Shown here piece by piece: positions 24,494-32,613 of a DNA stretch of 33,309 nt (positions are counted from its first letter, which is position 1; each line of letters opens with the position of its first letter). Below the pieces are notes generated by a model. That model saw only the letters and a program-made list of their open reading frames with translations, did not search any database and was not told where the DNA came from. The DNA is taken from assembly GCA_035523855.1 (NCBI GenBank), contig DATKPX010000014.1, positions 1 through 33,309 of the forward strand. The letters run 5' to 3'. The translations under genes and the position numbers were made by a program. The stretch is from Stellaceae bacterium. Its GTDB lineage: Bacteria > Pseudomonadota > Alphaproteobacteria > ATCC43930 > CGMCC-115725.

Positions 24494-25492
24494 CTAGCTC
24501 CCTCCTTGGCTCGCGCTCGGCGTCGGCGCGCCGGCGGCGGCGAGCGCGTTCCGCAGCGCCGTTGCCTGGCTCGCGAAGTCGTTCACCGCCTTGAGCAGCG
24601 CGGGATAGTTCCGCTTGGGATCCTCGAGCGCCGCGAGCAGCGCGTCATGCGCCTGGGCCAGCGCCGTCGCCGTCTGCGTGGGATCGGATTGGGTGAGGCC
24701 GTACTGCACGGCGACCGCGGCCTTGAGATCGCTCAATCCCTGCCGGTAGTCGCTGTCGGAGAGGCTTGGCTGCAGCCGTCGCGAGAGGCGGTCGACTTCC
24801 TGCTGCGCGACCGCGGCGCGCTGGTCGCGGAGCGCCACCAGGCCGGCGCCGAGCCGCTTGGTGACGGCGGCGATCGGCGAATCCTTGCCGGGCGGCGCGG
24901 TGCCGGCGGCCGTGACGGCCGCCTTCAGGCTGTCGAAGCGCTGCTGGTCCAGCGCGGTGCCGAACACCCAGCCCGCGAAGCTCACCACCGCCGGCGCCGC
25001 CGCGCTCGCGCCCGGCGCCGCCGCGTCGGCGAATTGCGCCAGCTGGCCGATCGACCCCGAGAGCTGCGCCACCGCCTTGTCGAAATCGGCGCGATCGCCG
25101 GCGTTGCTGACCGCGGCAAGCGCGTGGGCGTAGTCGCCGAGCACCGTCAGGGCGTCGATGGTGGGGCCGCGCAGTCCCTCGATCGGGGTCGCCTTCGGCT
25201 CGGCGGCGCCGCGCTTGAAGACCAGGCACGGCGCATTGATCCGCGCATCGCTGCAGCTCGGCGAGATGGCGACGGGCGCGCGGGCGCCGGTGAGATCCAG
25301 CTCGAGCACCGCCTCGCGGTCGGCGGCGAGCTGCGCATAGCCATCGGCGAACCCGCTCGAGAGGCTGTCGACACCCTGGCTGAAGGCGGTGATTTCCTTC
25401 GAGAAGCCATAGGGCGAGCAGGCGGCGAGGCCGAGCACCAGCCATGAGAGACGGAACGCGACCAGCGAGCGTGCGGACGATGACCCGATCAT
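24494..25492 (-). CDS. Ala-rich helical lipoprotein, function unknown (332 aa)
   Basis: ATG 25492 follows GGGGGAAG. It has a signal peptide with lipobox LGLAAC. The upstream part of ORF 24494..26380 is off-frame overlap with the STAND gene. Confidence 0.65.
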   Translation of the reverse strand: MIGSSSARSLVAFRLSWLVLGLAACSPYGFSKEITAFSQGVDSLSSGFADGYAQLAADREAVLELDLTGARAPVAISPSCSDARINAPCLVFKRGAAEPKATPIEGLRGPTIDALTVLGDYAHALAAVSNAGDRADFDKAVAQLSGSIGQLAQFADAAAPGASAAAPAVVSFAGWVFGTALDQQRFDSLKAAVTAAGTAPPGKDSPIAAVTKRLGAGLVALRDQRAAVAQQEVDRLSRRLQPSLSDSDYRQGLSDLKAAVAVQYGLTQSDPTQTATALAQAHDALLAALEDPKRNYPALLKAVNDFASQATALRNALAAAGAPTPSASQGGS

Positions 25493-25718
25493 GCTTCCCC
25501 CAAGCTTCGCCGGCATGATCGCGAGCGTCCTTGGCAGCCGCGGAGCTGTCGAGGATCGCCCCCGGGGATCCGCCCTCCAAGCGGCTGCCCCGCGCGCCGG
25601 CGAGACGGCAATGTACGTGCGGCGCATCGGCCGAAACCGGTGGTGCCCTTCGCTGACAGTAGGGCCGATTTTCCAATCGTGCTGTGAAAAAGACCACAGC
25701 GCGCGGTGCCGGCGGCGC

Positions 25719-28547
25719 CTAGCGCAGCGCGCCGAGCACCCGTTCCGCCGCCCTGAGGTCGGCGGTGTCGAAGCCTTCCGTGAAGCGCCCGTAGACGGCG
25801 CCGAGAAGGGTCGCGGCGGCGGCGGGATCGCCGCCATCGCGCAGCAGCCGGGCGGCGCTGGTGGCGGCGCGCAGCTCCCAGGAGAGCGCGCCCTGCCGGC
25901 GCGCCCAGTCGATCGCCGCGCGGAAATGCTCCATCGCCTCGGCCGCCGCCTCGCCGCCGCCCTGCAGCAGGGTGAGCTCGCCCTTGATGCGCAGCAGCTC
26001 GGGGATGACCCAGCTTTCCTCCGTGCGCTCGGCGCGCTCGATCGCGCCGTCGATCGTGGCAAGCCCCTCGGCGCTCTGGCCGGCGCGACCGAGCGCCGCC
26101 GCCAGCGCGCCCAGGAACATGCAGAGCCGGTAGCCGCTGAACGCGGTGTCGAGCGCGTGGAAGGCCTGGCGCAGCAGCGGTATGCCGTCGCCGAGATTGC
26201 CGCGGTCGACCAGCAGCACGCCTTGATAGGTGTGATCGTAGGCGCGCCAGGCGGTGAGCGCGTGCCGCGTCGATTGGTCCCTGAGCTGGCCGATGTAATG
26301 CTCGGCCTCATCCAGGTCGCCGACCCAGAGCGCGATTGGGCAGGCCGCGCGGGCGAGCGCTTGGCAGAGCGAGTTGGCATGACCGATGGCGCGCGCCTGC
26401 TCGACGGTCTCCGCTGCCGCCGCGATCGCCTGCTCCGGAAAGCCCTGCAGCCACAGGATCGGCGCCCGGAACGCCCGCGCCGCCAGCTGCTGGTCGAACT
26501 GGAAGCGGATGCGTGAGCCGGAGTGGTGGGTCGGATCGTCGGCGATGACGCGCTCGAGATGCCGCCGCGCGCTCGCGTGATCGCCGCGGAAATAATGCGA
26601 GGTGCCGATCATCCGCGCGGCGACGACCCGGTCGGCCGGGTTCTCCGCCAGGACCGCGAACTGCTCCGCCCATCCGAGCGCCTCCTGCGTCTCGTGCACC
26701 CAGAGGCCGAAGAGGGCGCGCAGCCGGTAGTCGGCGTCGCCCAGGCGCTCGGCGAGCCGGAGCGCTCTTTCCCATGCCGCCCTGATCTGCGGCACCGTGC
26801 CTCCTGTGTAGGCCAGCGAGACACCGAGCGCGGCGTGCAGCTTCATCTCGTGCCGCGCGTCCGGGCTCGCCGCGGCGGCGAGGGCGGCGAGCGCCCGCTC
26901 GGCGTGGCCGCGACACTCCTGCAGCAGCGGCAGGTACATCCAGAGCGGCAGCGCCGCGGTTGCCAGCGCGACGCCCAGCGCGGCGTCGCCGCCCGGCGCC
27001 AGCGCCCAGTCGAGCGCCGCGCGCAGATCGCCGATGTGGCGGCCGTAGTCGGCGAGCCAGTCCACCGTCGGCCGCGTCTCCCATTCGGCCTCGGCGCGCT
27101 CGAAGAGGTCGCGGCAGTATTCCGCATGGCGCCGCGCCAGCGCGGCGCGCTCGCCGCTCTCGTCGAGCTTCTCGAGCGCATAGGCGCGCGTGGTGTCGAG
27201 CAGCCGGTGGCGCGTGATCGTGCCGTCGACCTCCGTCACCACCAGCGACTTCGCGACCACGCCGGAAAGGCAGTCGAGGACCTCGAGCGGCGTGATCAGC
27301 GGGCAGGCGGCGACGGCGCTGGCGGCTTCCGGCGTGAAGGCGCCGGCAAAGATCGCGAAGCGCCGCAGCAGCACGCGCTCGGGCTCGGTGAGGAGACCAT
27401 AGCTCCAGTCGAGCGTGGCGCGGAGCGTGTGGTGGCGCGGCAGCGCGGTCCGGCGGCCGCGCAGCAGCCGGAAGCGGTCGTCGAGGCGCACCGCCAGCTC
27501 CTCGACGCCGAGCGCGGGGGTGAGCGCCGCCGCCAGCTCGATCGCCAGCGGAATGCCGTCCAGCTGGCGGCAGATCGCCGCGATGGTGCCGGCGCGGCTC
27601 CCGTCCGCCGCGAAGTGCGGGTCCGCGGCGCGCGCCCGCTCGATGAAGAGCCGCGTGGCGCCGTACTGCGCGATGTCCTCGGCGGATTCCTCGGCGGGCA
27701 CCGCCAGCGGCGGGATCAGATAGGTCCACTCGCCCTCGACGCCCAGCGGCTCGCGGCTGGTGGCGATGATCCGCGCCTCGGACCCGGCGCGCAGCACCGC
27801 CTCCGCGAGCGCCGCGACGGCGCCGATGACGTGCTCGCAGGTGTCGAGCACCAGCAGCAGCCGGCGCCCGGCGAGCGCCTGCGCCAGGCGCGGCACGGTG
27901 ATCTCGCCGCCGCCGAGCGCGATGTCGAGAGTGGCGGCGACCGTCGCCGGCACCAGGGCAGGATCCGCGAGCGGCGAGAGCTCGACCAGCCACCGGCCGT
28001 CGGGAAGCTCGAGCGGCAGCGCGCGCGCCGCGGCGAGCGCGAGGCGGGTCTTGCCGATGCCGCCGGCGCCGGTCAGGGTCAGCAGCCGGTGCGTGGCGGC
28101 GAGGCTGAGGACGTCGCGCAGCGCGTCGTCGCGGCCGACCAGGTCGGAGGTCGGCAGCGGGAGATTGGTCGGCGGCGGCCCGCCCTTGGAGCGCGGCTCC
28201 CACCGGCTCTCGCTGCTCTCGGCGGCAGGCCGGGCCCCGCCGGCAAAGGCATAGCCCCTTCCGGAGACGGTGCGGATCAGGTCCCGATGATCGGCGAAAG
28301 CGCGGCGCAGCGTCGAGATCTGCACCTCGAGGTTGTTCTCCTCGACGACCTGGCCGGACCAGACCCGCGTCATCAGCTCTTCCTTGCTGAGGACGGCGCC
28401 CTGCGCCTCCACCAGCGCCATCAGCACGTCGAGGGCGCGGCTGCCGAGCCTGACCGGCTGGCCGTCCAGCAGCAGCTCGCGGCGGCTTCGCGACAGGCGG
28501 AAACGCCCGAACGCGATCTCCGCCGGTATTTCCGGCGCGGCAGGCAT
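25719..28547 (-). CDS. STAND ATPase: N-terminal OmpR/PhoB-type winged-helix domain + NB-ARC NTPase + C-terminal TPR array
   Basis: wHTH FGRFRL...LGSRALDVLMALV...RVWSG...LEVQISTLRR. Walker A GAGGIGKTRLA, Walker B LLLVLDTCEH, ATSREPL, and the GLPL-like motif LDGIPLAIELAA. These are followed by about 450 aa of TPR-like helices. Confidence 0.88.
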   Translation of the reverse strand: MPAAPEIPAEIAFGRFRLSRSRRELLLDGQPVRLGSRALDVLMALVEAQGAVLSKEELMTRVWSGQVVEENNLEVQISTLRRAFADHRDLIRTVSGRGYAFAGGARPAAESSESRWEPRSKGGPPPTNLPLPTSDLVGRDDALRDVLSLAATHRLLTLTGAGGIGKTRLALAAARALPLELPDGRWLVELSPLADPALVPATVAATLDIALGGGEITVPRLAQALAGRRLLLVLDTCEHVIGAVAALAEAVLRAGSEARIIATSREPLGVEGEWTYLIPPLAVPAEESAEDIAQYGATRLFIERARAADPHFAADGSRAGTIAAICRQLDGIPLAIELAAALTPALGVEELAVRLDDRFRLLRGRRTALPRHHTLRATLDWSYGLLTEPERVLLRRFAIFAGAFTPEAASAVAACPLITPLEVLDCLSGVVAKSLVVTEVDGTITRHRLLDTTRAYALEKLDESGERAALARRHAEYCRDLFERAEAEWETRPTVDWLADYGRHIGDLRAALDWALAPGGDAALGVALATAALPLWMYLPLLQECRGHAERALAALAAAASPDARHEMKLHAALGVSLAYTGGTVPQIRAAWERALRLAERLGDADYRLRALFGLWVHETQEALGWAEQFAVLAENPADRVVAARMIGTSHYFRGDHASARRHLERVIADDPTHHSGSRIRFQFDQQLAARAFRAPILWLQGFPEQAIAAAAETVEQARAIGHANSLCQALARAACPIALWVGDLDEAEHYIGQLRDQSTRHALTAWRAYDHTYQGVLLVDRGNLGDGIPLLRQAFHALDTAFSGYRLCMFLGALAAALGRAGQSAEGLATIDGAIERAERTEESWVIPELLRIKGELTLLQGGGEAAAEAMEHFRAAIDWARRQGALSWELRAATSAARLLRDGGDPAAAATLLGAVYGRFTEGFDTADLRAAERVLGALR

Positions 28548-28560
28548 CGACCGGACTTAT

Positions 28561-28606
28561 AGCGGCGCCGGCCCGAAGGCAAGGCGGGAGGGGCCGGCCC
28601 GCCGCT
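28561..28606 (-). other. GC-rich hairpin in the 58-nt spacer upstream of the STAND gene
   Basis: agcggcgccggccc (28561-28574) pairs with gggccggcccgccgct (28591-28606) with a 2-nt bulge. No U tract follows on the minus strand. Confidence 0.3.
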
Positions 28607-29436
28607 CAGGAGGCCGACAGCCACTCCGCCTGGGGCTTGCGCTCGGCGAGCTGCGTCCTGACCGCGACGCGGCGGTCGAACTGGGCCGCGCGGGCGCGGT
28701 CGAGGACGGCGTCGATCTCGGCCGGCGCCATCCGGCTCCGCCGCGCGAGCTCGCGGAGGGTTCCCACCGCGCCCAGGCGCTCCTCGATCCACCCGGCATC
28801 GGCATGGCGCAACCGCGCGCGGGCGCTGGCGAGGATCGGCTCGATGTCCGGCGCCGCATAGGGCGCGGCGAAGCAGGCGGCAGCCAGCTCCGCCATCGTC
28901 TCCTCGCCGGGCCGCATCGACCGGTGGAGCCGCAGCAGGTCGAGGGAGAAATCGAGGAAGCGCAGATAGCCGGGCGTGCCGCCATCGGCGAGGAAGCGGC
29001 CGAGCCAGCGCTCGACGCGGCGCTCGCCGGCGCGGCGCCGCGGCGCGCGCTCGCCGTGCAGGAAGCGGTGGATCTCCTCCGCCTCGAGGAAGCCCGCGGC
29101 GAGATCGAGGAGCGCCGAGACGGTGCCGAAGCTCGCCGTCACCGGCCGCGCCTCCTCGGCGAGGAAGCGCACCGCCATCGGATAGCCGCCGTCGCGCAGG
29201 AGCGCTATCGGCTCGTCCGCCAGCAGGAGCTGGTGCCGCAGCCGGTGCGGAACCTGCAGGGCGATGCCGGGGAAATAGCTCGTGCGCGACGCTGCGTAGA
29301 GGCAGCCGAGGCCGGTCAGCACGCGCCGCCAGCCCTCGAGCCGGCGCTCGCCGGTGGCGGCGTTGAGGAGCCCCGGCAGATCGATGAGGAGAGCGGCGCG
29401 GCGCTCGTTCTCCGCGGTGAGATCGAGATCGCTCAT
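28606..29436 (-). CDS. Hypothetical protein (276 aa), no recognisable family
   Basis: The ATG overlaps the upstream gene's stop (ATGA). High GC3 and helical-looking. Confidence 0.6.
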   Translation of the reverse strand: MSDLDLTAENERRAALLIDLPGLLNAATGERRLEGWRRVLTGLGCLYAASRTSYFPGIALQVPHRLRHQLLLADEPIALLRDGGYPMAVRFLAEEARPVTASFGTVSALLDLAAGFLEAEEIHRFLHGERAPRRRAGERRVERWLGRFLADGGTPGYLRFLDFSLDLLRLHRSMRPGEETMAELAAACFAAPYAAPDIEPILASARARLRHADAGWIEERLGAVGTLRELARRSRMAPAEIDAVLDRARAAQFDRRVAVRTQLAERKPQAEWLSAS

Positions 29437-30257
29437 GGCGCCACCGCCTGCTTCAGCAGCTGAAAGGGCTCATCGGCCGTAAGGCTCGGCCGCGCGACGC
29501 TGTGATGGTCGCGGTCCGGCAGATCCGGCACCGGCGTGTCGAAGGGGAATTCCGGCGGATAGTGCACGACGCGCTCGCCGCGGCCGAAGACGGTGAGGTC
29601 GGAGAGCGCCGGCCGCTGGTAGCCCATGCCGACCGCCGCCTCGGTCTCGGCGAGGACGCGGCGCAGGAACGCGCTCCGCCGCCGCGCATCCTCGAGCCCG
29701 GGCAGCAGCCGGCGCAGCGCCGCCGGCGCCAGCGTGCCGAGCCTGCCTGCCTCGGTCTCCGCGGCGGCGAGGAGGCGCTCGCGCCGCGTGCCGCGGGTCG
29801 CCGGCGCGAAGCAGGCGAGGCGCAGCAGGCGGAACCAGCTGTCGCCGCCGTCGAGCGCCATCATCGCCGCGCGCCGCGCGACCGGCGCCCCGAAGCCGTG
29901 CGTCACCAGCCAGGCCTCGCGATAGGCGAAGCTCGCCGGACGCGCGCGCTCCGCCGGCAGGTCGGCGTTGGCATAGTCGCCGTCGCTCAGCAGACGGCGC
30001 AGGAAGAGGTAGAGGTTCTGCGCCGCGCCCTCGGCGCCCTGGCGCAGGTGGTCGGCCTCGTAGAAGAAGAGATCCCAGCCGGCGAAATCCGCGTCGTCGA
30101 GCAGGAGCTGCGGGAAATGCCGCCAGCTCGCGGTGGCGCCGCCGCCGATGCCATGGATGAAGAAGAGCAGGCGGCTCGCCGGCCGCAGCGACCACCAGGC
30201 CCGCGACCGGCCATCCCAGCCGCGGCGCGCCTCGACGCTGTGGCGCTGTCCTGTCAT
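29433..30257 (-). CDS. Alpha/beta-hydrolase-fold-like protein with a degenerate nucleophile elbow (274 aa)
   Basis: ATG 30257 (MTGQRHS...). It has the oxyanion-like LLFFIHGIGGG...W and then the elbow LVTHGFGAP, where GHSxG would be expected. The upstream part of ORF 29433..31133 is rejected. Confidence 0.55.
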   Translation of the reverse strand: MTGQRHSVEARRGWDGRSRAWWSLRPASRLLFFIHGIGGGATASWRHFPQLLLDDADFAGWDLFFYEADHLRQGAEGAAQNLYLFLRRLLSDGDYANADLPAERARPASFAYREAWLVTHGFGAPVARRAAMMALDGGDSWFRLLRLACFAPATRGTRRERLLAAAETEAGRLGTLAPAALRRLLPGLEDARRRSAFLRRVLAETEAAVGMGYQRPALSDLTVFGRGERVVHYPPEFPFDTPVPDLPDRDHHSVARPSLTADEPFQLLKQAVAP

Positions 30258-30492
30258 GTGCTTTACCCCCTGAAACGGACCGGTTCTCCGGCCTTCCCCC
30301 CGCGGCCGCCCATCGAGCGCGCAGCGGTAGCACAGATAAGCACGCTCCTTGCGCGGGAGGGAACCGCCGCCATTAACCTTTGCGGGGCAAAGATATGGCA
30401 AATCATGCAGTTGCACGGAATTCGTGCAGTCCGGCACGAGCCGCGCCCCGCAAGTCTTGTCGCTGGGATGCGGGCGGGTTCGCTTTTTGTTC

Positions 30493-30521
30493 TTGACCAA
30501 ACGCGTTTGATCTGATACATA
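30493..30521 (+). promoter_or_regulatory. Candidate sigma70-like promoter for the packaging operon
   Basis: TTGACC-N17-TACATA, about 95 nt upstream of the terS ATG. Sequence match only. Confidence 0.25.
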
Positions 30522-30614
30522 GTCGGCACGCTGACGATGAAGGGTCCGCTGCTTCTCCGGGAAGCAGCCGGGCCCTTTCGCGTTTCTCGGGCTCGCATCT
30601 TGGGAGCAGCTTCG

Positions 30615-31160
30615 ATGTCCTCCGCGCCATCCTCGGGCCTGACCGGCCGGCAGCGCCGGTTCGTCGAGGAGTATCTGATCGATCTCAACGCGACCAAGGC
30701 GGCCGAGCGGGCGGGCTATGCGCCGAAGCACGCGACCTCGACCGCCTCCAGGCTCCTGAAGCGCACGCCGGTGGCGGAGGCGGTGCGCCTGGCGATGGAC
30801 GAGCGCGCGAAGCGGACGCAGATCACCGCCGACCGCGTGCTGCGGGAGTTCGCGCGCATCGCCTTTGCCGACATCCGCAGCTTCACCGGCACCGACGGGG
30901 ACGGGCTCACGGTCAAGTCGCTGAGCGCGCTCTCCGACGACGACAGCGCCGCCATCGCGGAGATGTCCGGCTCCGACGGAAAGAAATTCAAAGTGAAGCT
31001 GCATGACAAGAAGCACGCCCTCGACCGCATCGCCCGCCATCTCGGACTCTACGGCAAGCGCGCCACCGCCGCCGAGAGCCCCGCTGCCGCAGCCCAGCGT
31101 GCCCGCGAATTCATCCTTACTCGACTGGCTCAAAGAGAACGCGCCCGAAATTCTGGATGA
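30615..31160 (+). CDS. terS: Phage terminase small subunit (Terminase_2/P27-like)
   Basis: ATG 30615 follows GGGAG. LTGRQRRFVEEYLIDLNATKAAERAGYAPKHA...ASRLL is the typical HTH N-terminus of this terS family. Confidence 0.85.
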   Translation: MSSAPSSGLTGRQRRFVEEYLIDLNATKAAERAGYAPKHATSTASRLLKRTPVAEAVRLAMDERAKRTQITADRVLREFARIAFADIRSFTGTDGDGLTVKSLSALSDDDSAAIAEMSGSDGKKFKVKLHDKKHALDRIARHLGLYGKRATAAESPAAAAQRAREFILTRLAQRERARNSG

Positions 31161-32445
31161 GGCGATCCAGACCCTGCCGCACGACGACGTCGCGGCGCTG
31201 GCCTATGACTTCTACATGTGGGGCCGCACCAGCCAGATCATGCCGCCCGGCGACTGGCGGGTCTGGCTCATGCTCGCCGGCCGCGGCTTCGGCAAGACGC
31301 GCAGCGGCGCCGAGTGGGTCCGCATGCTGGCGGAGGAGAAGCGCGCGATGCGGATCGCCCTGGTGGCGCCGACCGCCGCCGCGCTCCGCAACGTGATGAT
31401 CGAGGGCGAGAGCGGCATTCTCGCCACCTCGCATCCGGCCTTCCGGCCGAGCTTCGCGCCGTCGCGCCAGCGCCTGGAATGGCCCAACCAGGTCGTCGCC
31501 TACGGCTACTCCGCCGACGAGCCGGAGCGGCTGCGCGGGCCGCAGCACGACGCCGCCTGGTGCGACGAGCTCGCGGCGTGGCGCTATCCCGACGCCTGGG
31601 ACATGCTGATGCTGGGATTGCGCCTCGGCAGCGATCCGCGCGTGATGATCACGACGACGCCGAAGCCGACGGCGCTGATCCGCCGCCTGGCGGGCGATCC
31701 GGCGACCTTGGTGACGCGCGGCAGCACCTGGGACAACGCTCCCAACCTGGCGCCGGCCTTCATCGCCGAGATCGTCAAGCAGTATGAGGGCACGCGGCTC
31801 GGCCGCCAGGAGCTGGTGGCGGAGCTCCTCGACGACACGCCGAACGCGCTCTGGACCCGCGAGGGGATCGAGGCATGCCGCGTGCGCCAGGCGCCGCAGC
31901 TCCGCCGCATCGTGGTGGCGATCGATCCCGCGGTGAGCTCGGGGCGCGACGCCGACGAGACCGGCATCGTGGTGGCGGGCCTCGGCGAGGACGGCCTCGG
32001 CTATGTGCTGGAGGACGGCTCGGAGCGCCTCAGGCCCGAGGCCTGGGCGGCGCGGGCGATCGCGCTCTATCGCCGGCACCAGGCCGACCGCGTGGTGGGC
32101 GAGAGCAACAACGGCGGCGATCTCGTCGAGGCGACGCTCCGCGCCGTCGATCGCGCGGTCAGCTACAAGGCGGTGCGCGCCAGCCGCGGCAAGGCGGTGC
32201 GCGCCGAGCCGGTGGCGGCGCTCTACGAGCAGGGCCGCGTCAAGCACCGCGGCGCCTTTCCCGCCCTCGAGGACCAGATGTGCGCCTTTGCCAGCGACTT
32301 CGACCGCGGCCGCGCCGGCTACTCGCCCGACCGCGTCGACGCCCTCGTCTGGGCCTTGACCGAGCTGATGATCGCCCCCGCCGACACCGGCCTCCTCGAC
32401 TACTACGCCGAGCTGACGAAGGCGAAAGCAGACCCGAAACCCTAG
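31099..32445 (+). CDS. terL: Phage terminase large subunit (family shared with alphaproteobacterial phages and GTAs)
   Basis: Walker A LAGRGFGKTRSGAEW, Walker B region DAAWCDELAAW, and a nuclease half VAIDPAVS...GIVVAG...GDLV. The start is uncertain: GTG 31099 or ATG 31003. Confidence 0.9.
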   Translation: MPANSSLLDWLKENAPEILDEAIQTLPHDDVAALAYDFYMWGRTSQIMPPGDWRVWLMLAGRGFGKTRSGAEWVRMLAEEKRAMRIALVAPTAAALRNVMIEGESGILATSHPAFRPSFAPSRQRLEWPNQVVAYGYSADEPERLRGPQHDAAWCDELAAWRYPDAWDMLMLGLRLGSDPRVMITTTPKPTALIRRLAGDPATLVTRGSTWDNAPNLAPAFIAEIVKQYEGTRLGRQELVAELLDDTPNALWTREGIEACRVRQAPQLRRIVVAIDPAVSSGRDADETGIVVAGLGEDGLGYVLEDGSERLRPEAWAARAIALYRRHQADRVVGESNNGGDLVEATLRAVDRAVSYKAVRASRGKAVRAEPVAALYEQGRVKHRGAFPALEDQMCAFASDFDRGRAGYSPDRVDALVWALTELMIAPADTGLLDYYAELTKAKADPKP

Positions 32446-32577
32446 ACCCTCACCCTCCCGGTGCTCCGCACCGGGCCCCTCCCTCTCCCGCTTCGCGGGC
32501 GAGGGGCTCGACCAGCCCCTCTCCCATGCCAGGGGAGAGGGAGGGACCCGGCGCGTGTGCGCCGGGAGGGTGAGGGT
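32446..32577. repeat. Nested palindromic REP-like element in the terL-portal spacer
   Basis: The outer 16-nt arms are perfect: accctcaccctcccgg at 32446-32461 against 32562-32577. The inner 19-nt arms have 1 mismatch: 32471-32489 against 32533-32551. The central 8-bp stem pairs gaggggct with agcccctc. Confidence 0.7.
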
Positions 32578-32613
32578 GCCAAACGACAGATCTCAGACCG
32601 CAGGAACCCCCGC

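Noticed and set aside
30395-30515. Short plus-strand ORFs (33-36 aa) in the terS upstream region
   Set aside because: They have no SD and poor codon bias, and they lie in a region better explained as promoter/operator DNA (a TGCACG-N5-CGTGCA palindrome at 30412-30428, and the TTGACC-N17-TACATA candidate promoter).
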